The notes: generated from the letters alone by a model not told the origin. A DNA stretch of 63,686 nt, filler included, from Gonapodya sp. JEL0774 (GCA_027604505.1; 46 parts of 46 records of this genome joined end to end with filler, not necessarily neighbours in it); one strand, 5' to 3'; counted from the first letter of the whole stretch, positions 37,569-50,011 are shown. Numbers and translations: made by a program.

Positions 37569-38142
37569 CACCATGCCAGACCCTGTTCTTCAGTTCAACC
37601 TCACTTTTCCAGGCAGCCCGCCGCATCCTCCCCAAAAAGCTCCCCGACCTTCGAGTCCCTACTTTCCACAACGAGATCGTCGACACCCTCTCTTCCTCTT
37701 CGCTTTCGTCCCCGGCGGGTGGAACCGAGTGGGCGTGGTTCGGCCCCGAGGGCCGTTTCGCTCCACCTCGGGACGGGTCGGGCGATTTACACGTCGGCTA
37801 CGTAGTGCGACAGTCTGGAAAGGGGCTGAGTGAGGAATGTAGAGCGATCCTCACTGATTGGATGAGACGGATGAGCACAGGGAAAGGGGATTGGGGTGAG
37901 TGGCTCCCTACAATTGTTCAGCCGTAAAGGTTCCCATTGTGTGACTGAAGACGGCTGATTTCTGTCGTGTTTACCTTTTTTCATTGACAAGCTCTGGCGC
38001 GATCTTCACCCAACTTCCGGGTTCCCCGTTACGCGTGATGGTGGCACTGTGCGGGCTCGTTGGACATCAACGCAGCGATCTACTTATTTCTGACTTGGGA
38101 GAGATGGCAAGATACATTATAGGACGTATTGGTCATCCGTAG
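37569..38142 (+). CDS. C-terminus of a hypothetical protein (two exons)
   Basis: Frame open ~110 codons from the contig edge to a GTGAGT donor, then an exon ending TAG at 38142. Confidence 0.4.
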
Positions 38143-38953
38143 CAGTAATTATTTGAGCAGAGTTCCCTTATAATATATTAGGACTTTGTTGACATTGACA
38201 CGTGACACACCAAACATTGGTTATAGTGAAGAAATCTGCATAAGTTCACATGCACGCTCAGCGATTTTGCTGTCATTGAATGAAGTGTTCCAGTGGCATG
38301 GGAAAACGGCACACCCTACAAAACCCCATATTCAACAAGAGGATTCCACGGTGATGGGACGGATCCGAGACCTTAGATAGCTCCTGATGCATTTAGAAGC
38401 CGGGGATTCAGATTGAACTAGGTAACTCAGGGCATCGACTTTTCAGCTCTACCAAAGGAACGGCAATCAAATGTTATATGAGTGAGTGGGGGCCGGGTCG
38501 TGTGCGGAACTGGAGTTTTGCAAGTAGCGCAGGCAGTTTGGACGAAATGCGTAGATTAGATGGCCGATGGACTCGGAAATGCTCATCAAACCAGATGTGT
38601 AGTCCATCGATCTCGGTGCAGAGTATGAATGTCATATAATATACACGATGCCGTACCCAAGCACTCGCTTGTTTACAAACATGCCAGGCAAAACATTCGT
38701 GAAATGAGAACCATTTCTCACTATGTATATTGGATGTGCATTCATTTGGGTAGTAGTTGCGACCGACGTGGCTGAGCATTATGCTTAATATGGATAAATA
38801 TGATAGTAATCGCTGACCGTATCATGTTTCGAAACGAAACAAAAGATCATATCNNNNNNNNNNNNNNNNNNNNNNNNNNNNNNNNNNNNNNNNNNNNTTA
38901 ATTAATTAANNNNNNNNNNNNNNNNNNNNNNNNNNNNNNNNNNNNNNNNNNNN

Positions 38954-40238
38954 CGCCACTAGCTTCTGGCGCTTGCTTGCAAACGAAATACCAGCGCCTG
39001 CTAACTTAAATACGTGGCCGGAGGTTGACCGTCTGGTTGGGTCATTCTCCGCCCAATCCGCATCAGAGTACCCAACAATCTCCGCTCCCTGCTCTGCAGT
39101 GAACTTTAAACCGTAATCTAAAGTACTTCTAAGATAACCGAATATTTTCTTCACTCCTTCCCAGTGCCAAATACTGAACTTGTCTTGGTATCTGGCGTAG
39201 TAGCTGACTGCAAATAGAATGTCAGGTCGAGTTCCCTTCGCCAGCCACATCAAACTACCAATTGCCTCGCGAAATCGAATGCTTTTGAGTTGGTCAAGAT
39301 CATCTCCAGGCTTTCTGCTGTGATCTTCGTGGAGATTCTTCGCCTCCAACATTGGGGTCCTCGAGACCCTTACTCCTCCCATCCCGAACTCTTCTATCAT
39401 GTTACTAGCAAACTTCTCCTGATGAATAAAAATTGCTTTCTTGTCCAGCTTGAACTGCCAGCCGAGAAACGTTTCCGGCAGTCCGATTTCCTTCATGTCA
39501 AACCGTTCCGCCAATAACTTCTTCCCTCTCCCGTTCCCTCCACTTCCCCGCTTCTCTGCCATCAACATGTCGTCTACATGAAAGAGTAAAGCATGAGTAG
39601 AGTCCGAACTAACAAATAAACACGGATCTTTTTCCGCCATTTTGTATCCGTTTTTCACCAAGAACTCGGAGAGAGTTTTGTTCCAAAGAAGGGGGCTCCG
39701 CTGAAGTCCGTAGAGCGGCTTCTTCACCCTCACCTTCTCCCCATCGTTTAAACCAAACCTATCTAAGATATGCTTGGGAATTCCAAGCGGGAGTTGAACG
39801 TTTACTCGTTCATCGGGTGCTAATTCTGTTGACTGTAAAAATGCCGTGTCGAAGTCTACCTGTTCCAAATCCCAACCGTTCGCCACTGACAGCGCAATCA
39901 ACATGCGTAGCGATTCGGTGTGCGCTACTGGAGAATAATTGTCAATTCCGTCAGTGTTCATTTCCTGGTAACCTCTTGCGACAAGTCTGGCCTTGTACTT
40001 CACTCCACCCTGCGGCACAGGTTTCTCCGTCAACACAAAACGAAGTTCCACCACCTTGCCGTCAACTTCCGAATCTTTCAACCTTTCAAACACACCATAC
40101 TTTTCCATCTTCTCCATCTCAGCTTCCACCGCGCCGAAGTACTCTTCCGCAATGTTTTCTCTCACAACATTGATGCTCTCACCGGAAAAGTCCAAACAAT
40201 TCACAGAGTCCGAGGTATCTCCATAAAATTTCTGCTGA
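38954..40238 (-). mobile_element. Ty1/copia LTR retrotransposon pol fragment (RT + start of RNase H)
   Basis: Uninterrupted ORF with YKARLVARGY, QVDFDTAFL, KPLYGLQRSP, HVDDML, TRPDILFAV, GYSDADWA. Confidence 0.97.
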
Positions 40239-40774
40239 NNNNNNNNNNNNNNNNNNNNNNNNNNNNNNNNNNNNNNNNNNNNTTAATTAATTAANNNNNN
40301 NNNNNNNNNNNNNNNNNNNNNNNNNNNNNNNNNNNNNNTGTACTGATATCAATGGGTTAATGTTAAGATTATTTGTTTTGCCGGACTGTGTCGTGTCGAG
40401 TTCTCCTCCGTGCAATCTAATCGTACCAACTAATCTGGACCGTGCATGTCATTCTGACCGTTCGCGATCACCACAGATGAAGCCAGCAGATTCGTGCAGA
40501 AATCAGATTGAGATGCATATAGTGTCGTCAAGGTGAGGGCTCCTTTATACTCACTCCTGATTTATTTACATTTGGTGGGGATCTTCGCGGACTCCCTTGT
40601 CAGCCTTGAATCTGCGAAGAAACAGATTGCCTCAGAGCAGGAATGTTCCCCGAAGTTTCTTTTCGAATCCTATTACGTAATTGACGAATCTGGTCAATAG
40701 AAAAGTGGGCTATTGAACAAGCGTTGGGACATCAGCCATTCTCCCAAGCTCCTGTGTGCAACAAACTCGTTGAT

Positions 40775-41622
40775 ATGTCAGACCCCCGGGTTTCTGAGGA
40801 GGATTCTTGGTCCACACACGCTGAAAGAGTGTTGGAGGATATCGATTTTGCAGGAGCAAGCATCGGGATTCCCCTAATACTGCTGATCATCGTGAATTTC
40901 GTGAGGGTAAAGGTGCGCAGCGATTTAGTTGACTGTCGCAATTCACGCACCGGCGCATAATTCATACCCCGTCCAATTGCGACTAGGATCTCAGTCTGTC
41001 CTTATCTTTCTTACAGCTGAACGTGCTTCTTTGTGACCTCACTTTCCTCATCGTGATTGCCGCTGATCGAATACTGCGCATTACTGTGGAAAGTGCAGTG
41101 CTAGCTTCCAATCCGTTTTGCATGATGACAGGATACTTGACTTCTCTGGTGGAGACCGTCGAGTTTTTGTCGTTGGGGTTGATTGGTGAGTTGATCACGT
41201 GGAATATTTGGTTGAATTTCGGACTTCAACGTATCCATGTGAAAGCCTATGAGCGATACAATATTGTCGTCAGAGAGCGGAGAGTGGGGCCGGAGATTTA
41301 TGGTCGGTACTTGGTCGGTTTATGGACATACCAACTTATCTGCACAACTTTGAGTGCTTATCGAGGACTTATTAGAAGACTGGAAGGAATACCAGTAAGT
41401 TCTTCTTTTCCAACTCTGTCTTTAGTTGACCCAGAACATAAGCAAAGCCCAGCTATGCAACATGGACTACACCGAGAGGGCGATCACCACTCGCGTTCTT
41501 CTCAGTATCACTACGATTGTGCCTCTTGCTGGATCCACAATATGCATTATTATTTGCTATAGTCTCATATGCTGGAAAATTACGACCGTCTGGAAGACTG
41601 GTGCGGGGTTGGTGCACCTACA
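40775..41622 (+). CDS. Rhodopsin-like (class A) 7TM receptor, TM1-TM5 fragment
   Basis: TM2 LNVLLCDL, TM3 FCMMTGYL...LSLGLI|AYERYNIVV, TM4 Trp, ECL2 CNMDY, TM5 VPL...IIICYSLI; three introns. Confidence 0.8.
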
Positions 41623-42153
41623 NNNNNNNNNNNNNNNNNNNNNNNNNNNNNNNNNNNNNNNNNNNNTTAATTAATTAANNNNNNNNNNNNNNNNNNNNNN
41701 NNNNNNNNNNNNNNNNNNNNNNAGATGGACACTCTGGCGAGGGGAAGAAGTCGAATAGAAGGTTTGGTTTGTTTGGTGGTAACTGATTCACACACGGACG
41801 AACACCGGTGAACATGGGCCAATGCGGCATTCGTCCACCAATCTGGATCATTCCGTAGCAAATGCTTCTTGAGTGACGGCACCGCACGAAGGAGATTAGT
41901 TATGCTGGTTTTGAGTGTAACTGTGATCGCATGATCCTTTATTTTGAGTGTATCATTATTCATCATGTCTCGTAATATTGCAAATAACGTGGCGATTGTG
42001 CTCACGACTCCAGCAATCACAACTCATAATCCGCTGAGCATTGTAAGCCACCGCAAATTGTGTGATCTATTCTACCCACTGGCAACCAACCTCCACCCAG
42101 CATATCACCCAGTCAGACTGAGTGTTGATGCCACACACAAACTATTCCAAGAC

Positions 42154-43005
42154 ATGGACTACACCAAGAAGCATTCTCGCACTTCCGCTGAAGATGATTA
42201 TCGCGTGAGATTGCTGTCTCCTTCTCCTGAACGGTTTGTATGGGGATGAAAACTGACGCTCTGGGATTCCCGAGTGAACTGACCACAAACGCACCAACCA
42301 GAGGTTTCGAAACAGCTAACGAACAGTCCGAAGTGGCCAGTCAGCTCCATGAGACAGCAACTGATCCATCCACGTCGAGCTTGCTCGACAAGGTCGTTGA
42401 CGTCATCACCTCGTGGACGAAAGTTCACGGGCCCGAAACGGTGGAGATGGCCAAGGAGTGGATGTATCACCTCGATGTGGAACTTGAGGACATTCGTGTG
42501 TTTAAGGTGGGAGATTTATGGGGGAGGAGTGTCGTGGCGCGCGTTGGGGGGTTCGCTATTATAAGCGTTCATGAAAGATCTTTGTTGTGTGGTCACTTAT
42601 AGGATCTAGAGCAGGAGACAGGGATACCCAAGGCGTACATTGCCACTTATATGGCTGTGGTTGTGTTCTTGTCGTTCTACTTCAACATGTGAGAGCATCA
42701 CAGCTGCATTTTGACTCTCGCGCAAGCCCGGGTATGTAATCTCACATGTTGGTTCGATGATCCTCGTTACTCCCCAAAGAGCCGCCCACCCTATCTCCAA
42801 CCTCGCCTCCCTGTGCCTCGCCTTCCCGGCCTTTCACTCACCCACCGCCACCGATCCACCTGGTCGAGCCTACCTCGAGAAAAAGTGGATCACTTTCATC
42901 CTCGCCGTCGCGTGTTTCAACGTAGTCGAAGATCCAATGTGGATCGACAAGGTGTTCCACGTGGTGCCGTTTTGGTATTTCGCAAAGACGGGGTTGTTGC
43001 TGTGG
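42154..43005 (+). CDS. TB2/DP1/HVA22 (Yop1/REEP-like) ER membrane protein, 3'-truncated
   Basis: LEQETGIPKAYI, ISNLASLCLAFPAFHS, KKWITF...FNVVE, VPFWYFAKTGLLLW; extended acidic N-terminus. Confidence 0.8.
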
Positions 43006-43105
43006 NNNNNNNNNNNNNNNNNNNNNNNNNNNNNNNNNNNNNNNNNNNNTTAATTAATTAANNNNNNNNNNNNNNNNNNNNNNNNNNNNNNNNNNNNNNN
43101 NNNNN

Positions 43106-44367
43106 CTGACATGACTCCAGCTGGTCCTCCGCCCTCGTATTCCAACGTCATGGGGGAGACGGACGTGAAGATGCCCATTCCGCAGCCTATTGCTCCGAGT
43201 GATACGATTGATGGCGCAAGTTCTGGTGAGATGCCTTCTCTGGACTGACTTTGTTGTTAAGGATTCAATCGATTTCATGTTCTAAATACCTGTATGTCCC
43301 CTTGTAAATTGACTGTAGCAGCAGGCAGCAGTTATCAAACACACGACGACAATGCACCTCTTCGAGCCACCAACATGTGCGGAGCCACTTCGGGACACTC
43401 GATACGTCACCGACCACAGTCCAGCGTTGATTCCTCGTCAAAGACCTCAAAGATATGGGCGGCGGCGTTCGATGGTGCCAATTGGCTCCGTCTTTTGTTC
43501 TTCTTGATCGTGGACTTGCCATGGGCGGTGAGGAACTGCAGCTTTGAGCTGTCGTGAGAGTTCAAGCTTATGTGATATGCACCCGCAACACAGATATTTT
43601 GCTGCTTTTGGGTTTTGTTCACCGGAGGATTTTCCATTGCATTCATGGTAATGTCAACGAATCCTCAAACCGGCCTGAATCCACCTCCCATTCACCACGT
43701 GCCCCGCTCTCGACCATTAAGGTCATACCCCTGATCGGGGTCCCCCTTGCAATCGTGGCTGCCAGCTCCTGGATGCTGCTCGCCAAGGCGGACATGGCTA
43801 TGCTACGAGCCATCTATCCTGACGAAAGTGAGCATGAGTTTTTGTGCTGTCGTGGAGATTACCAGTGCAACCATCTCCATTCAACTTTGCCCTCGACTTT
43901 TGTAGTGGCTCACCGTGTGAACAGATTCCCTGATCCGTTCCCTACACCCAGGATCAAACACGACAACATCGTTCTGGCGACCATCGAACTGTTCAAGCAG
44001 ACGTGGCTCACCCCGGAAGCGTGGAAAGCACTCGGGTGGCTTGGAATCTGCAAGGTAGGACTGACTGGTGACGTCACTTTTTTCGAAATCCTCTCACCGT
44101 GCGATCTATATTCCGAAACACCACCATACCTTGTTCATACCCACCACGTACCGCCAGATCGGGATCGCCTCACTCAACTTCTCCCTTGCCTGTACCGCCC
44201 TCCTCCTCTTCCTCCCCGCCATGGCATGCTTCCTTGCCGGTCCCGTCTTCGAGCTGCTCAGGTGGTGTGGCAAGATCGAGTATTTGGGAGCGTGGTACGG
44301 CATGGGAATTGAGAATCGCGGCGTGCCGCTCACGGATGGTGATACCCAGACGGCGGCGGTGGCATGA
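43106..44367 (+). CDS. Membrane protein resembling the actinobacterial 'putative sensor' domain (PF13796-like), spliced
   Basis: NWLRLLFFLIVDLPWA|IFCCFWVLFTGGFSIAFM|VIPLIGVPL...MLLAKAD...TPEAWKALGWLGICK|IGIASL; similarity recalled, not computed. Confidence 0.55.
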
Positions 44368-44488
44368 AGAAGAGAGCAGACAAGTGCTNNNNNNNNNNNN
44401 NNNNNNNNNNNNNNNNNNNNNNNNNNNNNNNNTTAATTAATTAANNNNNNNNNNNNNNNNNNNNNNNNNNNNNNNNNNNNNNNNNNNN

Positions 44489-44990
44489 AAGGAGCACTCG
44501 CCTTCGCCATTGTCCCTGAAAGTACGACTGAGCATCTTCGGTATACATCTCTGACAGCTTTCTCGTATCAGGAATACCCTCGACAGCGTGCACTCCGAAC
44601 TCCTTGAGCTGTTCTTGAACGTTGGAAGCGACTCTGGAACACGCCTCTGGGGATCGGACCGGCGCGAGAGATCTCTGCGGTCCCACGACAGGTTGAGGTG
44701 ATGGATCTTTTCCATCATTGGTTTTCCGCATCGTGATTTCGTCTGTGAACGCGGAACTGAAAGAATTCGTAATGACAGGAGCTACTGGAGGAGGCGCCAA
44801 CAACCCTGTTGGTGGGGAACCCACTCCACTGTATACCTGCAAACTCAGCGGAATGTCGCAACGGGTACAGCCAGCCGAATGGTAAACAAAGTCTCCTGTG
44901 ATCATTTCTCGTTATGAAATTCCGGAGTATTAGTTCCGTGGTTTACCAGCTCCACTTCACGATACTCGTATTCTTGGTCAGACTCATGAA
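44489..44990 (-). CDS. Hypothetical protein, 5'/internal fragment
   Basis: Minus frame open ~44837 to the contig edge, with an upstream exon candidate. Confidence 0.4.
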
Positions 44991-45322
44991 TAATGTACCT
45001 GTCAAATGCAGATCCCATCTGCACCTAGCGAATGGCGATTTCGCCACGCATGTGAGAGCGGTTTTTTGTTCGCAAACGGAGTCTGAACTTCAGTGCAAAA
45101 ACCTAACTCCATGCCGAGTCACTCTCGTCCCTTGGTCAATATACTATTTCAGCAACTGTAACTCTACCACGGTGACAATACTGCCACTGGAAATGATCTC
45201 GCCGAACACATGGCTATGGAATCTGTGGAAATATTGTGAGGGCGCTGGCGATTGATGTTGTTTTGCCGGGGTGCCGATCTCCGTCATGCAGCTTCCTGCG
45301 ATATCCCCTTTCAAAATACGAA

Positions 45323-45770
45323 AATGAACCCAGTTTTCGCAGTTCTCGTGCTTTTGACCCTTTCTAACGTTATTTCGGTGGTCTTGGCAACAGGGAAATG
45401 GTTCGACAATGTATTCATCATCGTCATGGGTGAGTTGTTGTTGAATCACCAATCATGGAGAATGACTTGTCCAATAAGCCCATCCAATTTTTCTCTTCCT
45501 TGCTGCGCCGGTCTGTATTATCGCCATCATACCACACGTATAGAAAACACGGACTTCTCAACCGCCGCCACCTTGTCCTACTTGGGAAGCCTCGCAAAGC
45601 GCCCTGACGCCCGCTTGTACACCAACTACTCTTGTGTGGGGAGACCAAGCCAACCCAACTACATCGCGATGGCGTGGGTGAACATGGAGTTCCCTGGACG
45701 TCGTTTTCCAAAGTACTCAAACCCGGTCTGTCATATCTCTCCACTACCCTTTATACAGCTACGGCTCTAC
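45323..45770 (+). CDS. Secreted acid phosphatase (phosphoesterase family), 5' part
   Basis: Signal peptide, GKWFDNVFIIVM|ENTDF, NYSCVGRPSQPNYIAM. Confidence 0.9.
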
Positions 45771-45956
45771 NNNNNNNNNNNNNNNNNNNNNNNNNNNNNN
45801 NNNNNNNNNNNNNNTTAATTAATTAANNNNNNNNNNNNNNNNNNNNNNNNNNNNNNNNNNNNNNNNNNNNCTGCCCAAAGGAACAAGAGGAGAAGGTTGG
45901 TGGTCACTGTTTGAAATGTCGAAAGAAGCTGTTGTAAGACTTCTTGCAATCTCTGC

Positions 45957-47151
45957 AGGCATTTCTCAGGAAGCTCGACATGCGAGTCATTCCCCTGCTG
46001 ACTCTCATGTACTTCTTTGTGGGTCCAAACTTACTGGTTGAAACGTCAGTCCGGTGAACATATCTAAACACACCTCTTCAACCGTCAATTTCAGTCCTTT
46101 CTGGACCGCACAAACATCGGAAACGGTACCTGTCCGACTCACTCGTCGGAGTGCAACATGCTCTTTTATGCTTTGCTATATTGTCTGATCTGACTCCCTT
46201 CTCTTCTCAGCCAAGGTTGCCAACGGGGACATCCCAAGGTAAGCATTGACTTACTAAAATATACACTCGGATGAAAAGCCCACCCAATCTAATTAAAACG
46301 ACTCGTAGTGATACACTTGAAGCATCTCTTGGTCTCACGGGGATACAGTACAACCTGTAAGTGGAGAATCAACGGTCGCTTGGCCAGAGCTCCACCACAG
46401 TAATGGGCTTGATCCACCAGGCTCGCTTCGCTCTTTTTCATTCCCTACATCATCTTTGAGCTTGTGAGTACATCGTCTTTGAATACTTTCCCCGTCGAGT
46501 CGCTACAATGGTCCATACCTCGACTTCTTCACATTTCTACAAACAGCCATCAAACTTCATGCTGAAAGTGGTCGGACCAAAAGCATGGCTGGCAAGGTAG
46601 GCTGGATAGCTTGTGTTTCCAGCGCATTTTCTTCACGGGTTTTTGAAACCAATCTTCAATGCCAGGATCATGGTGACCTGGTTCGTTCAATGAATCGTCG
46701 GTGCAAGGATTTCCTTTTCTCATTTACCGTGCGCATAATTGCCACTCTGTTACCTTCACTGTCTTTCGTGATTTAGGGGAATAATTGTAGGTGTCCTCTG
46801 TTGTTGAAAGTTTGTGTTCCCGAATTGTCAGGCTCGAAGCAATACGGTTGCTTTTGCATTCCGATCAGGCCACATGTCAAGCTGCGACCCACAACTTTGA
46901 AGGATTTCTCGCTTGCAGATTACTGCTGGGTGCAGCCGAGGTGAGCACTTTGGACGTTCCAGTTGCACTGTTGTTCAAATTGGTGAATTTTGACTGTTTT
47001 GAGTAAAGGCAGGTCTTTTCCCCGGCATACTGTTGTAAGTTTCTAACTTCACGCAATTCGCGACAAGACTGAATTCTTAGTACTGGCTCTTGCGAAGCTA
47101 CTTAACTTTCTGGTACAAGAAGTTCGAGATGTCGATGCGCATGTCCACAAT
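45957..47151 (+). CDS. MFS transporter (Tna1/Dal5-like), N-terminal half, many small exons
   Basis: RKLDMRVIPLL, SFLDRTNIGN, FFIPYIIFEL|PSN, WLAR|IMVTW|GII, CRLLLGAAE|AGLFPG, LTFWYK. Confidence 0.92.
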
Positions 47152-47251
47152 NNNNNNNNNNNNNNNNNNNNNNNNNNNNNNNNNNNNNNNNNNNNTTAAT
47201 TAATTAANNNNNNNNNNNNNNNNNNNNNNNNNNNNNNNNNNNNNNNNNNNN

Positions 47252-47962
47252 ATCGCTCGTTTCGAGCGCAATTTTTTGAAGCTGGACGAAACCATCAGAG
47301 CTCGGATTGTGCTAGAGAACGATGATGTTTCGTGGAGTATCGAAGATCTCATCTGCATCTGTGAGAAGGTGAGCAGTTCGGGATGTGGAGGCAGGACGAC
47401 TACCAAGACTCTTGGTGATCACGTTCGGGATGCGTAACGCTGACCCACTATACCATCCCAGCTTTCAATACCGCTGGTGCTTGATCACCACCACGACTCC
47501 ATAATCTCATCCCCACACCCTCTCTCCACATATCTACCTCGTGTCGACGCCCTTTTCGCTCGCCGCGGTATCCGACCGAAGCAGCACCTTTCCGAACCCG
47601 CGAACCCATTAGGAACCCCTTCGAAGCGACGAGAGCACGCGTATCTGGTATCACGGCTACCTCGTGCAGTGGACAATTGGGATGGTGATTTGATGATCGA
47701 GGCAAAGGGCAAAGAGAAGGCCGTGCTGGCGCTGGCAAGAAAATACGGATTGTGGGAGGTGTCGGAAGAGTGGGATGTTGCAAGAAATAAAAAATATACT
47801 GAAGAACAAGAACTGACAACAAAGGCGAAAAGGGAGTGTGAGAAAAGGAAGATGTCAAGTGCAGACTTGGTCGCAGACATGAGCATGCAACCAAAGGAGG
47901 CACTTGCTGAGGACCTGCCTGCCAAGAGAGCTCGAAGAAGAAGACCTAACGGGGAGAAATAG
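47252..47962 (+). CDS. uve1: UV-damage endonuclease (UVDE), 3' end
   Basis: RIVLENDD, IPLVLDHHH, IRPKQHLSE, DLMIEAKGKEKAV. Confidence 0.95.
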
Positions 47963-48650
47963 AGGCGCAACGACAGAATTATTACACTTTAGAGCCGAAA
48001 GGGTTGCAGCGGGGTACCGATGCGGAGACTTCATGAACGCATTGTTGTTGCACCAAAATAGTCGCTGCAGTAATCTAAGAACCAAGATGGTAATTTTTCA
48101 CGCTAAGCGATGACAACAGTAATTTCTCGAAGTTCCATAACCTACACGATGAGAACTTATTGTCGTAATATGAATGATAAAACAATGTGCGCGATCTCCG
48201 AGGACTTCCGAATGGTTGGGCATTCAGCCCATTTGCCCTGAATTCTGATTCGCCACGTCGCTCACAACCAATCTTCTCCTCGTTTGTAGAATTGTTTTTT
48301 CTTTTGGTCATTATGTAATTCATATCGAGAAGTATATTAGCCATGACTGGAGTGCGCATATCACGGCCTCTGGTTTGCCGAAGGCCGATACTGATCAAAA
48401 CCAGAACGTGCGATGTACTTCCGGCGGATAACATAGAAAGTTTTGTGTCGTCTTGTTTGGAGCGCCATTTCAGGATCGCCAAAGGCGGGCGGCGGCGCAC
48501 GAAAACGGCAAATAATGCGGGGAGTGCGGGCNNNNNNNNNNNNNNNNNNNNNNNNNNNNNNNNNNNNNNNNNNNNTTAATTAATTAANNNNNNNNNNNNN
48601 NNNNNNNNNNNNNNNNNNNNNNNNNNNNNNNAAAGAGTCGAGCTACTCAC

Positions 48651-49822
48651 TTGCAGTACATTTGAATATTCTTACCGTGCTTTTGATCCATCTGACGTTG
48701 CAGTTCCTTCATGGTCAGGATATTTGCGAGCTTGCTCTCACCTGTTCCGTGGCGAACCCAGTTGTCGAATCTGTCCTTGAACACCGCGAGAAACGACGAC
48801 ACGGCGAACTGATCCTGCCCAATACACTCACCGTACCGTCTCATCATTGAATAACTCCGCTCATCGTTGATTTTGTCGAATGCGATTCCCTCGGGCGGCG
48901 CACCGGTGTTGACTGCAGATGAGACCGCAACCACTCGCACAGGCTGGCCACTGAGGGCAGTTTTTTCCAAGACATGAAGAAGTCGTTGAAGTAGAAGAAA
49001 GTGGGCGACGTGGTTGCTAGTTTCGACTGAGGTATGAGCGACTCGACAAACGGAACACTTCAGGAGGGTTTCCGTCCTCACGTTGCCTAGATAAGAAGAA
49101 ACCAACGGCATGAAAAAGACGTTTGAACCACAGTGATGGCAGATGAGAATACTCACAAACTGAGTTTCGATCCCGTCCTTGGTGAGCGTCATTTTGAAAC
49201 CGCTCACGGTTCCGGCATTGAGAATTAACATGTGAACGGGCACATCCTTTGCGAGAATTTCACCGGCAGCTCTTTCGACAGAAGCAAGGTCGGCCAAGTC
49301 GGCCTGGATGATTTCGATCTGAGATTTGCGCCGAGGGTGGAGTTTTGTCGGCATTCAGATTACATGTACCGACGAGCTCGATGACATTAACATCAAGTCG
49401 ATGCGGCTCATCCCACCTTGGAGTTGCCAGTCGAGCGAATGACCTCGTCAACAACCAGCTTGGATTTGTCCACGTTTCGATTCACGCACAGGATGTGGGC
49501 TCCCTTCTTGGCGCTGAGTGAGGCCGAAAATCAAATGTCTCTTCACCGTCATCTCAATCCACGGCGAAAGCATCGAGCTCACAGGATAGCCATCGTAGCT
49601 TTTCCGATACCCGCCGATGTGCCCGTGATGACAGCGACCTGGCCCGTAAGATCCTGGGGTTGGAAAAGAGACCGTAATGTGCTCCACCCCGTCCCGAACA
49701 CAGCGAAAGAGTAGATCGATGGCTCACTGGCAGCTCTGTTAACAGTGTCGGGCACGCTAGTTCAGAGTTCGGGGTTTGGACGTAGGATTGTCGGGCAGAG
49801 TTTCACCAGTAGTAAATCTTAT
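48651..49822 (-). CDS. Short-chain dehydrogenase/reductase (retinol dehydrogenase/WWOX-like); no ATG visible
   Basis: DLTGQVAVITGTSAGIG, LILNAG, QF|AT|NHVAHFLL, VVAVSS, YG|ESKLANIL. Confidence 0.88.
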
Positions 49823-50011
49823 CTTGTAATGCTCTCTCCAAATACAAAGTAGTTTCTCTCGCTTTATATAATGACTATTCGCCCTAAAGTACTGCGCACT
49901 AGATGAGCTGCNNNNNNNNNNNNNNNNNNNNNNNNNNNNNNNNNNNNNNNNNNNNTTAATTAATTAANNNNNNNNNNNNNNNNNNNNNNNNNNNNNNNNN
50001 NNNNNNNNNNN

